Shown piece after piece: positions 13,980 through 25,804 of a DNA stretch of 64,000 bases. The notes beneath the pieces are model-generated. The model did not search any database, had not been told where the DNA came from, and saw only the letters and a program-made list of their open reading frames with translations. This DNA comes from Chrysomallon squamiferum (taxonomy: Eukaryota; Animalia; Mollusca), in the NCBI GenBank assembly GCA_012295275.1, contig CM022676.1:7378001-7442000 (forward strand), given 5' to 3'. Every line of letters starts with the position of its first letter. Position 1 is the stretch's first letter. Position numbers and translations under genes: made by a program.

Positions 13980-14329
13980 GTAAAATTAACTTTATTTTTG
14001 ATATTATTACTATACTATACAACAACAACAACAAGTTCGTCAATTTCGGTATGAAGCATTTGCCTCATTTGCTTCAGTGTTGTTACGGCCACATATGTAT
14101 ACTTTTATATATATGTGTGTCTGTATGTGTGTGTACGTGTATGTGTACGTGAGGACATATGTAGAATCATACGTTGTTACATAGATAATTATATATTTAC
14201 AAACACCTAGACAGTGAGTTGGAAGGATGGATGGATGGGCAGAATGATCGAAAGAATGAAAGAAACAAATGAACATTGGCAGAGTATTGTCTACGTGCAA
14301 AGTCTAACGAGACGTAAATAAGACAAAGA

Positions 14330-15110
14330 ACATTCCAACCCTAAAATACATATTACTAACTTGCCAGTGACAGGTTACCCCAAAAAAAAAAAAAAAAAAA
14401 AAAAGACTATAAAAAAATATCAACGGAAAATTACAAAATACAAAAAACGGTGTGCTTCGTGGGAGAATATTCAAATCTGAAAAAAACATATTTGCCAGTG
14501 AATGGTTTAACACACAAAAAAAATGTGAAAATAGATGCACGTGAAAATTACAAAAGACAAAGAACGCAATACGAGGTGGGAAGCGATGATTACCTGCGAT
14601 TACTCAGAAACCTTTTGACATAAAAAATTAGATCCACGCAAAATTATAAAAAAAACAAAGAACGGCGTGCTTCGTGGTAGAATATAAAATCTGATAATAC
14701 ACAGTTGCCAGTGCAAAGGCAAAGGTTAACACACAAAAAAATATAGATACACGCAAATATTAGAAAAGACAAAGAACAGCGATGATTACCCCCGATTACT
14801 GTACAGCCTTTTTTGTTGTCTGATTAGGTTACACGTAGACAACATTAGGCGACGTCATCCGTCTTCGGGGTGCATGATGATTACTCTCGGTCTAAAATAG
14901 CGTTCGTCGCGCTGAAGAGCGGTCACGTTTTGGTCAGCTGACCGTTACGTCACTGTTTAGGTCGTTTCGAACATGTCCGAAGATTTCCGAGTCTGTCATT
15001 TTCTGATAGAGGTCTTGGATTTCGTCTTGTCGTGTATGTACGAGTAAATAGTACTTTTTATACGCTACCAGCGAACTGCTGAAGTCATTCGAGTGGTTCT
15101 AGTATATTAT
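14330..15110 (+). promoter_or_regulatory. Orphan copy of the family's upstream (putative promoter) module
   Basis: Same CAAAGAACGGCGTGCTTCGTGG tandem units and GACGTCA block as upstream of the leader exons of B, C and D. Function is inferred only from position. Confidence 0.4.
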
Positions 15111-15979
15111 AGATATTATTTTACTAGGATTAAAACGGATTTAGATATATACTCAAAAAGTAAGAATACAGGACACACACACGCACACACACACAGACAC
15201 ATTCCTGTATAAAGCGAACAAAATAGAAAGAATATGCTACACAATAGTTTGGCAAAAAGAGTTTCATGTGTTTTGTGTTACATCTTTTGTGCGTCGTCTT
15301 CCACACATGGCTGGTTTTGAATAGAGTGGTAGAGTTACAGATATCACAGTAAAACGGGTCCGTCTTGTCATGACAGAAAATATTAAACTTGACAAGCAGC
15401 CAAATTCTAAATGGCCGCCCTTTATCTCTTTGCAGCACCCAGTTTATTATGAAATATCACGTGAGAATTTGCAAAAACATTTTTTATTATTAAATATGAA
15501 TAAAGTCGCACACATATGCGAATGTACTTATATACATATATACATAAACGAATATACGCACATACCCATATATTTACTTACCTACGTACATAGATAGGTA
15601 CACACAAAAACAAAATAAAAATAATTTAAAAAAACAAAAACAACACAACAACAAACAAACACCTTCAGCATACATACATGCACACATACATACATTCATA
15701 CATACGCAACATCTTATCTACATACCTGCAAATATACAAATACATATTTCTATAATATAAAATACCTAGATACGTGCAAATATACAAGTACACATTGCTA
15801 TAACATGAAATACCGACATACGCACATATATACACCCAGGTGTAAACCCCCACAAAACATAACAAAAAAGTAAACATACAAAAACAAACAAAGGTATTGA
15901 ATAAAATCAAGTATTCAAAATATAACGCTGTATGGCAAGTCTACGTTTATGTTTGCTAGTGCAAGCTTGGACACAAGAG

Positions 15980-16301
15980 AATAGATACACGCAACCATTA
16001 CAAAAGACAAAGAACGGCGAGCTTCGTGTGCAGCGATGAATATCCCCGATTACTGAGCAGTCTTTTTTCTTGTCTGCTTAGATCTACATGTAGACAGTAT
16101 TTGGTGACGTCATTCGCCTTCGGTGTGTATGATGATTAGTCTCTGTCTAAAAAGTATTATTCTTCTGCTACCAGCGAAATATTGAAATCAGATATCATTT
16201 TACTAGGATTAAAATGGATGTTTGTCTTGTGAAACAAAGTACAGATTTTAACATAGCAAAACTATTTTTTGTTAACAGCAGTGAAAACTAAAATACTGTA
16301 A
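15980..16301 (+). promoter_or_regulatory. Putative promoter module of gene B with a CRE palindrome TGACGTCA (16105-16112)
   Basis: Block shared by all leader-bearing paralogs and lying directly 5' of the ATG. Confidence 0.45.
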
Positions 16302-16639
16302 ATGACTTGTAAATTATTATATCTGTTCGTGTTACTGGGATGTGTATTGTACGTACAAGGTATGTATTTGATATTCTTTCTTTTCTTTTATTTCTTTCTT
16401 TATTATTATTATTTGTTTGTTATTGATTTAAATGTGAAATCTGGGTGGACTCGCCGCCGTTTTTGAATGATTAATATAAAATGAAATGTTTAACTGTCAG
16501 TATTGAAAATATATTTATGAAAATATGAAGCAATAACATAACACAACATAACATTATATAACAGTCCATAACGGAGCGTAGCGTAACGTAATTAACATAA
16601 TGTAATACAATACAAATATATATATATAAAACAACATAG

Positions 16640-16684
<45 letters not shown>

Positions 16685-19600
16685 TATAATAATAATAATA
16701 ATAAAAATAATAATAACAACAACAAACATAAGACAATTTTAAAAAATGTTTTTACACTAGCGTTGAACATTCAATATAGTAGTAAAGACTAATATAGATG
16801 AATAGAAATACTGTAATCTGTCACATCAATCACATTCGGGATAATACAACGAAAACAGCAAATATATAAACATCTAGTTACCATGTGTTTTCAGGGGAGA
16901 GCAACCGTTCCACGGGAATTGTTCCACTATTCTTCCCTAACAAAAAAACCTCAGGGCTTTTATAACAAAGGAAAGGGCTTTGCGTTATTTGTCAACTTGT
17001 TACGAACCTTGCCGCTAGAGTCTGTCGTCAGATCATTCTGTGAAACAAGAACCCGTAACAACCACCTCCCCTGAGGTGATGACTAATGCTGCAATTCCCA
17101 GGCTTTTTGTTGGTTCGGCAGTCAAAATACTAGACTAGTAACATTTACCAACGGACGTTTCGTCCGTCTCAATCCATGTTGCCTAGGTTACGCCACAATT
17201 AAAAATGGCCGATCTTTATCTCTTTGCAACACCCATTTTCTTGTGTAATTATCACCGGACAACTTGTACAAAAAATTATCATAATTAAAAATACAAACGC
17301 ACACTTACACACACACAGACACACAGACACATACATATATAGACACACATACATACATACATATATACACATACATAAAACATACATATATATGCATACA
17401 TGTAGACATGAACAAACATACACACATACACACACAGTATACATACATGCATATATATATAATATACGTACAAACACATACAGCATATATGCATGCATAT
17501 ACATACATACATACATACATATGTAACTACTTATTTATCTACGTACATGCAAATATAGAAATACACATACCTATAAGGGAAAATACCTACGTACGTACAT
17601 AAACATACATACGCATAAACAAACAAAGATGAAAGCTTTTGGCAATATGTTATTTGCATGTATCCTGTCGCTTTGGGTAATGAAAAGAACAGCATTTGTC
17701 ATAATGCACGCCACTTTGTGTACTGCACGTGCTAATGCGATGCGTTACTGCGACGAGATCGTTACACCAGTTGTCATTCCATTCCTGCAGCATCCTGGCT
17801 TTCTGTTTCAACTTGACAACGCTAGGCCACATACCGCTAGGCTAACCACTAATATTCTTGAGCGGAACCACATCCAAGTGTTGAACTGGCCACCGAAGTC
17901 CTCTGACTTGTCCCCAGTGGAACATGCATGAGCTCTACTGCGCCGTAGGGTACGCGAAAACCATCCTCATATCCTTAATGTGCATGAACTACAAATTGTT
18001 ATGCACCGGGAATGGAACGCAGTTGCTGTTTCTGAGACTGATGCTCTCATTAGAAGCATGAGACGACGATGTACTGATGTCGTCACTGCCACTGGTGCAA
18101 CACACATTATTGAATCCCTCACATCATTTTGGTAGATGTACCCCTCCATTTCATTAGTTGACATTAAAGTAACGACGTAGATATCATGACAACGTGTTAC
18201 TGCTGGCTTCATTCAGAAATGTTGTATCAGTGAAATAATGTGTACAAATAAATTAAACATCCAATCAGGTTGTCTGTATTTCAAATCAGGTTGTCTGTAT
18301 TTCATATCAGGTTGTCTGTATTTCATATCAGGTTGTCTGTATTTCATATCAGGTTGTCTGTATTTCATATCAGGTTGTCTATATTTCATATCAGGTTGTC
18401 TGTATTTCATATCAGGTTGTCTGTATTTCAAATCAGGTTGTCTATATTTCATATCAGGTTGTCTGTATTTCATATCAGGTTGTCTGTATTTCATATCAGG
18501 TTGTCTGTATTTCATATCAGGTTGTCTGTATTTCAAATCCGACTGCGATTCCAACAATGTTGTGAATTTGATAACATGCAACTTGTGTGAAAAACAGTGT
18601 GTCGGCCAAACACAAAATATGTTACGAGTTGGAACTGTCTGTCACAAATACAATATCGTGGATGAAGTTGACATTCAAGTCGCCAAACACTTTAACCTAC
18701 CTAGTCAAATATTCGACGATCATTTTGAGATAATCCCAGTAGAACAAACGCCCATTCTCGAGTCCAAAACTGAAACAGACCTTTTCAGATTTGAACGAGA
18801 AGCGTTTTGGATTCGAACGATACAAACCCCAAAACCATTTGGAATAAATGTTGAATTTAAGAGAGAGATAAAATAATGTTCCCAATAATTGACAATCGCC
18901 GCAACGTTGCCGTTGGTAAAATGAAGGAAAAATATTTTAACTTACAGACTACTGTGAAAAATCCACTAACAGCACGTCCCGTCATAGCTTACAGAAAAAA
19001 CCCAAGTCTAAAAGACATTTTAGACTGTACACGATTTTCGGAATAATACGCCTAATTTTAGATTTAAATTCAATGAAAAGTACGGAAATGTTTTATTATA
19101 TTTTCAAAGGATATGTCATTTTCTTACGAATTTTTGGGAATGTTTTGTTTTTAAATGTTACTCTTTTTTTTACCGGCTTTGAGAAAGGATATCTTCCAAA
19201 TAATGTTTAAAATAGTTTTAAATAGATTTTTGAATTTTATTTGTTTCTAGAGGTGTATTGGTATTAAATATCATATTTTTATATATTTTTTTTAGAAAGA
19301 ATGCTTTCTCAATAATTTTTGAAATAGTTTTAAATAGATTTAGAAATGTATATTTTGGTGTATACATGTATTTTTAAACATGTCTGAATGCTTCTGCATA
19401 TAGTTTTAAAACGTTTCATACATGTAAATATTTTTTTTTTTTTTTTTTTTAAATGATAACAAATTAATAAATATATAGACAGAGGACCAAAGCACACTGT
19501 AATACACATTACAATGGTCAATTGTAAGTTAAATCTAATCCCTAGAGATAAAATTAGAAAATAATTAAGTCGTTTTGAATAACTGAATTTCATGTGCCAG

Positions 19601-19766
19601 TGCGTTCTTTAGTTCTTAAATACATAAAAACATACATTCATATGTAACTACTTTTCTATCTAAATACAACCATTAAAATAGAAATACATATACCTATAAG
19701 GTAAAACACAAACATTCGTACATAAAGATACATACGCATAAACAGACATTTCTGTAATAAAGTATG

Positions 19767-19797
<31 letters not shown>

Positions 19798-21735
19798 GAA
19801 GAAGAAGAAGAAGAAGAAGAAGGTAATGTAACATATAAGCTAACAGTAATGTCATTATATAAAAATAATAATTTGGTTTCTGTTAATTTAAATTTAATTT
19901 TAATGTTTTATTTTTATTTTTTTTTATTTATTAAGAATTTATATTGTTATTTTCTTAATTAAGGTGTGGATTACCAATTAACAACATCAAACAGATATGC
20001 AGTGGTTGGATTACCTTTTACTTTTAAATGTGTAGCAGATATGAGTGTTATCTTTACATGGTATGTGAATGACGAAGTATACACTATGGATGGACTAGAA
20101 AGTGGTTACTGTCATTGGTGGGGGGAACCTCCAAAAGAATACACGTATTACTGTTCAGAAAGTATAAGCACCATCACAATAAAATCTTTCGACTTGAGTC
20201 AATATGGAACAGTGTGGAGATGTGGACTGCTAAAGCCACAAAGCAATGAAATAAAACTGGAAGTGAGAGGTAAAATAAGTTTTATTATTATCATTCTAGG
20301 AAGTGTGTAGTGTTAATGATAACAATACATTTAATAAAACTAGGCAGTACTATCAGTTTTATGTTTATAATTATCATTCTAGGAAATAAGTACTTTTTGT
20401 GTTTTCTAAACAATATATCTCAATAAAAGAAAATAATCCTTGAAATGCATTATAATTACAGATGATAAGATTTATTAATATGTTTTAACATTTAAGTAAG
20501 TGTATATTTTCGCATGAAACAATGTCCATCATATATAATTCAACAGATACGTACCTATACACTAACTTACATATATGAAGATATATTTCTAAAACGATAC
20601 TTGTGTTATTATTATTATTATGATTCAATCAGCTAAAATATTAACAAAATAAATAAATAAGTAAATAAATAAATAATAGTGACAGTAATAGCAATTATAA
20701 TATCAACAGCAACAACTCAAACACTACATCACCACCATCACTTTAACGAAAACATCCATAACTAAAAATATGAGCAACCCAACAATTTCTACTATCAGTA
20801 AAAATATGATGATGACGTTGATAAAATTTTTTTAGATGGTCCTGGAACATCACTCCAGCTGAATACTTCGTCTATTGTGGCTGCTGTGGAAGGAAGTGAC
20901 GTCACAGTGACTTGTTCGGCGAAGTGTTTCATCACGTGTAATTATCAGTGGAAGATCGAAGATGACGTCATAAGTAACACTGGCATTCTCTCGTTGGCTA
21001 ATATTAAAAGATCACAATCAGGTCGCTATGTGTGTACGGCTGAAAATCCAGATACGAAACAAACTGCCAACAAAACACTTCATTTGATTGTACTTCGTAA
21101 GTAAGAAACTAATTATAGTAAAATATAAGAATGATAAACTGAACAGACAACTTAATATTTGTTAGAGGTGTGTGTTTAAAATGTCAGAGAACCAAACATG
21201 GAAATTTACGTGGGAATATACAGTTAAGGTATGAGTAACCGTGTTATGCTATAGATTACATTATGAGTGTAGTTATGTGTGTCAGTGTCTGTTTATGTGC
21301 GTGGGTTCGTATGTGTATGTAGGCGTTTGCCCGCTTTTTTGTTTACTGTTACTTTGAGGACCACCAAATCTTCAGGGATCTGCGCCATACGCTATCAGCG
21401 GACTTTCTTTTACCGTGACATGTCAGATTTTCCAAACTTCACATCGCGTCACATGGTTTGAGAATGACGTCAGCTTTGACATGTTCAGTTTTGGGCCCGG
21501 ACACTGTGATATTAAGTCACGTTTAAGTGGAAATTACACTTTCAAATGTTTACGTAACAAGTTTCTAGTTACTATAAAATCCGTCAACAGAAATCAACAA
21601 GGAAACATTTGGCGAAGTGAAAGTGGTGGTTACCAGTATTCGAGTAACACAGTCGTGTTGAAAGTTAGAGGTATTTTAATTCAATTTAATTTAGTTCTAT
21701 TTAATTTATTATCATTATTATTATCATTATTATTA

Positions 21736-21791
<56 letters not shown>

Positions 21792-23290
21792 TTTTTTTTT
21801 TTTCACAGACGGTCCCGGTAGCTCACTTCGAGTCAATTCTTCATCTGACATCACTGTGGAAGAAGGAAGTGACGTGACAATATCATGCAAAGCCGATTGC
21901 TTTGTCAAATGCAGTTACAGATGGGAACTGACCAGTCAGACTGTCAGTAACAACAGCCTACTCGCACTGACTAGTGTGACGAGATATCAAAATGGCGTCT
22001 ACACATGCACTGCTGTTAATCTGGATACGAGCCAAAGAGCACATAAACAAATTATTATTAATGTTAAGAGTAAGTTTTAATTCATTTTATCATGAATTAA
22101 TTGTAATGCTATTTATATTTTTCTGTGTCAATATATGTCTTTATGCGTATGAATAATTGTGTGCATGTATGTACGTGTTTAGCAATGTATGTTATTTTAG
22201 TTCTTATGCATGTATATGCATATGTATCTGTGCATGTATGTAAATATACGTATGCAGATATATGTTCAAGAACCTTCTTACATACATTATATATTTACAG
22301 ATATCTAGTTAGTGAGTTTGTGGTTGGATGAATGGACGGATATGGATATACTAGTGTAAAGAATGAAATAAAATGAGACAGAAAAACAGACGATAGACAA
22401 TTATAGAAAAGAAAAGAGACATGCGTAAAATCAGAATGGTTGGAATATAAAAATCGATGAAGAATGTGTGAAATAAATAAAGACAAACACACAATACATT
22501 AGTTGAAAAATACCCTAACAATAGAAAATAAATAACTACCTACTCTCTGATGATATATTAATAATAGCAAATACAAATTACCTACAAACAGAAAAAAAAA
22601 AAAAAAAAAGTTAATTTAATCTCACATTTTTGTTTTTATTAATGAATTTTCAGGAGCTGTAGAAGACAGCAATCAGGTTGGAAAAGAATTTGCCCTCGTA
22701 TTTGGACTTTGCTTTCTTCTGTTTGTTTGCTTTATCGTTGTTTTCTGCCTCCGATATAAGAGAAGTATTTATTTATTTATTTATTTGTTTATTTGGATGG
22801 TTCGTTTTTATTTTTATTTTTAATTTCCTTTATTTTATTTTAGTTATTTATTCATCCACATCTTCGTTCGTTCATACTATTGTTTCTTTATTGTATGTAT
22901 ATTTGTTTGTTTGTTCGTTTATTTTATTACGTATTTTAATTACACTAACCTCTAGAGTAAAGGGGAGATAAATCAAGTCTAACTGACACAATTACCTTAA
23001 ACTTGTTTGACTGACCACATGTGTATTTCAGCCACCAGATAATGAAATGGTTGAAGGAAAAAATGATGTTTTAGCACAAGAAGATTTAATGATCAATTTA
23101 ATGATAAAAATGTTTCATGACGATGTCAGTAATTGGGTAGAGTGTATTGATCATATAAGTATAATGTACAATAGAAATAGCTATTGATTAATGTCAATAC
23201 TACAACCACCACCCCTAGTACTACTACTTCTTCTCCTACTAAAACTGAAACCATTTCTACACATGTTCATGATGATGATAAGGTTATTAA

Positions 23291-23332
<42 letters not shown>

Positions 23333-24782
23333 AGGAAAAAAGAGGCCAATGTCGAACCAACAAAGGTAAATTAATTTATATTTTTTTACTATTTTTCTTT
23401 CTGTAAAATGTATTCATGTGTTTCTGTGCGTCTGTCTATATGTGTATATGTATATGTCTATGTATGTTTCTGAGTTTATATATTTGTGTTTGTATGCTTG
23501 TGTGTGTGTGTGTGTACGGGCGTAAATATTTAATATATATACACACACACACATACATAAATACATACACACATATATTTATATATGAGTTTATGGTATG
23601 TATATACGTGTGTATGTTTGCATTCTTTTGTTCGTACTCGGATTATTGCATCAATGTATATGTAACAAATATGATATACTTTTTAAATTTCACAATCAGC
23701 ACAAACCAACATATATACCGCAGGGTTATTCAGGTTTCTGGTAAGCTGACATACACACACATACACATATAATACATTCGTATACATACATTCATACTTA
23801 CACATACACACATACACACACACACACACACACATATATACATACACACATTTGCACATATGTCAATAAAGTACAAAGATACATATATATTAACATAAAC
23901 ACATAATACACACACTCGAACACACATAATAATATTTATATAAACCAAAGCATAATTTCATTCCATGTTTACACAATTACCTTAAATAGAGTTATCAAAC
24001 CTGTTTTCTTGACTGTGTATTTCATTCACCTGAAAATGAAATGGCTGAGGTGAAAAATGGTATCTAAGCACCAGAAGGTCTGATGATAAATTTAATTTTA
24101 GACGATGTTTGAATGTTTCATGTATGTATGTATAGCTGGATGTATGTGTGTATGTATGTATGTAGGTATCTGTGTTTGCATTTCTTTGTTAGTCATACAT
24201 ACATACATACATACATATATACATACATGCATACATTCATATATATATTAAGTTAAACACAATACATATACTCAAAAACTTATTAAACAAAATACCGAAG
24301 TTTTACATATTTCACAGATTTTAAGAAAGAATAGCTTCTAAATATTTTCATAATAGTTTTAAACATTTAGAAATGTGTTTGTCTGGAGGTGTCTTTATTT
24401 GAAATGTTACAATTTTTCTAGTTTTTTAAGAAGAGACTCTTTGTAAATGGTTTTGAAATGGTTGTAAAAAAACGAGAAGAAAAAAGATAATAATAAACAT
24501 CAAACGGCAACATACATTAGACAGATATAAATAATGTAGATGCAAAAGTATACGCTTAAACATACTTACTTTTAAAATTGTATTTATATTTGTGTATGTG
24601 TTTATATACACGCACACGCACACGCACGCAAACACACACATATTAATGTGATTATTGTTATTTCTGCACATCACAATTTCTATATTAATGAAAACACAAT
24701 TTCATTCCATGTTTCAGATAATCAGACTGCGCCAGCAGCTGTACGTCAAGATACAGAGAACACATATTTCATGACGTCTTAA
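16302..24782 (+). CDS. Receptor B: leader-V-C-V-C-TM IgSF receptor, ~481 aa, ITAM-deleted tail
   Basis: Exons 16302-16359 (MTCKLLYLFVLLGCVLYVQG), 19964-20269, 20836-21096, 21359-21670, 21809-22069, 22654-22764 (TM), 23335-23365, 23700-23740 (shifted acceptor) and 24718-24782 (DTENTYFMTS*). Total 1446 nt, open frame. Confidence 0.85.
17735..18263 (+). mobile_element. Tc1/mariner (DD34E) transposase 3' relic in intron 1 of B
   Basis: FQLDNARPHTAR..WPPKSSDLSPVEHA* followed by LIRSMRRRCTDVV. Confidence 0.92.
18264..18536. repeat. 21-bp tandem repeat x13 (ATCAGGTTGTCTGTATTTCAT)
   Basis: Near-identical contiguous units without spacers. A single copy occurs at the end of the Tc1 relic at ~57356. 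Confidence 0.95.
18541..19030 (+). mobile_element. Penelope-like retroelement relic (GIY-YIG endonuclease)
   Basis: CDSNNVVNLITCNLCEKQCVGQT..VAKHFN..REAFWIRTIQTPKPFGIN matches the PLE GIY-YIG pattern. The linker-like PVIAYRKNPSLKDIL follows at ~18980. Confidence 0.88.
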
Positions 24783-24899
24783 TGCTTGATACAACTGATT
24801 TGATACTGATAAATTGTAAAGAATAAAACGAGTATTGTTTGTTAACCAAACAGTTATTTAAACATTTGATACGAAGCACATGTTTTTTGTAATAGTATT

Positions 24900-25032
24900 T
24901 TTTAATAATTTATTACATAAAATAAAGTTTGTATATGCCAAACTGTTCGAAAACTGTAATATACCACTTTTTCTGCTGTTCGGAAATTATTTCGAATTTC
25001 AGTGTTTCGGATTCAGGATCCTCAACCTGTAT
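24900..25032. mobile_element. Tigger4/Zombi-like MITE end
   Basis: TTCGGATTCAGGATCCTCAACCTG-TA terminus. Related pieces at ~59650, 60540-60792, 61615 and 62370-62655. Confidence 0.5.
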
Positions 25033-25113
25033 TTAGATGAAAATAAAAACAGGTATTCTAACATAGCTTCAGATACACTGGCATACTTGGATAATTTTAT
25101 AAAGTGTACAGGA

Positions 25114-25430
25114 TTAGGGTTTCTCCATCTTTCCATGGACAGAGGTCTGCAGCTTAGAAATTATTTTAACGCCTTTGGCTGGAGTTAAAGCCTTTATCGA
25201 GTCCTTCTGCTTCAGTATGATAATTATTGTAAAAGCACTACGCTCGTACTGCCTAGACAAGTGGACACCTCGCTCACGTTCTTCTATGATTTCATGCTTT
25301 AATTCAATGGACACCATTCGCTTCTTCTTCTCAGCACTGTCCTTTGCACTCACTTTCTTAGAATCCATGGTTTTTGTGTTGTTCATTGCGCCACTTAGCG
25401 GCGGCGTATCTGAAGCTAGCTCGGCAACTC
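25114..25430 (-). mobile_element. Tigger/pogo transposase N-terminal (psq-type HTH) relic
   Basis: MDSKKVSAKDSAEKKKRMVSIELKHEIIE..SRQYERS..ILKQKDSIK..AKGVKIISKL..MEK; truncated. Confidence 0.85.
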
Positions 25431-25432
25431 GG

Positions 25433-25488
25433 ATTGTGTGAGTCTCCATGTCTATATATATATATATAGACATGGAGACTCACACAAT
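25433..25488. repeat. Perfect 56-bp palindrome centred on (TA)8
   Basis: ATTGTGTGAGTCTCCATGTC-(TA)8-GACATGGAGACTCACACAAT. Confidence 0.95.
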
Positions 25489-25773
25489 GATGTATCTTAG
25501 AAACACGTATGTTAAGATTAAAGATTCATCATAATTTTTATTGGGTTAATCTATTTTTAACTAAATAATTAAGTTTACTATACTTTGTGCTTTATCTCAG
25601 TAGGATATTATCTAATACTTCTCACTAAGTTAACAAAATATGATAATTTATATTTAATATTTATATGTTTATATCAGAAAAAACGTGTTCACTTATATTA
25701 ACTTTGTATTCACTTTGTTTGTTACACGTTTTACTGTGGACATAAATAAAAAACAGGTAAACAGATTATATAC

Positions 25774-25804
<31 letters not shown>

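Noticed and set aside
18264-18536. Regular short repeat resembling a CRISPR array or a repeat protein (MKYRQPD)n
   Set aside because: Contiguous 21-mers without spacers, eukaryotic context and no cas genes. The open frames are a by-product of a stop-free unit.
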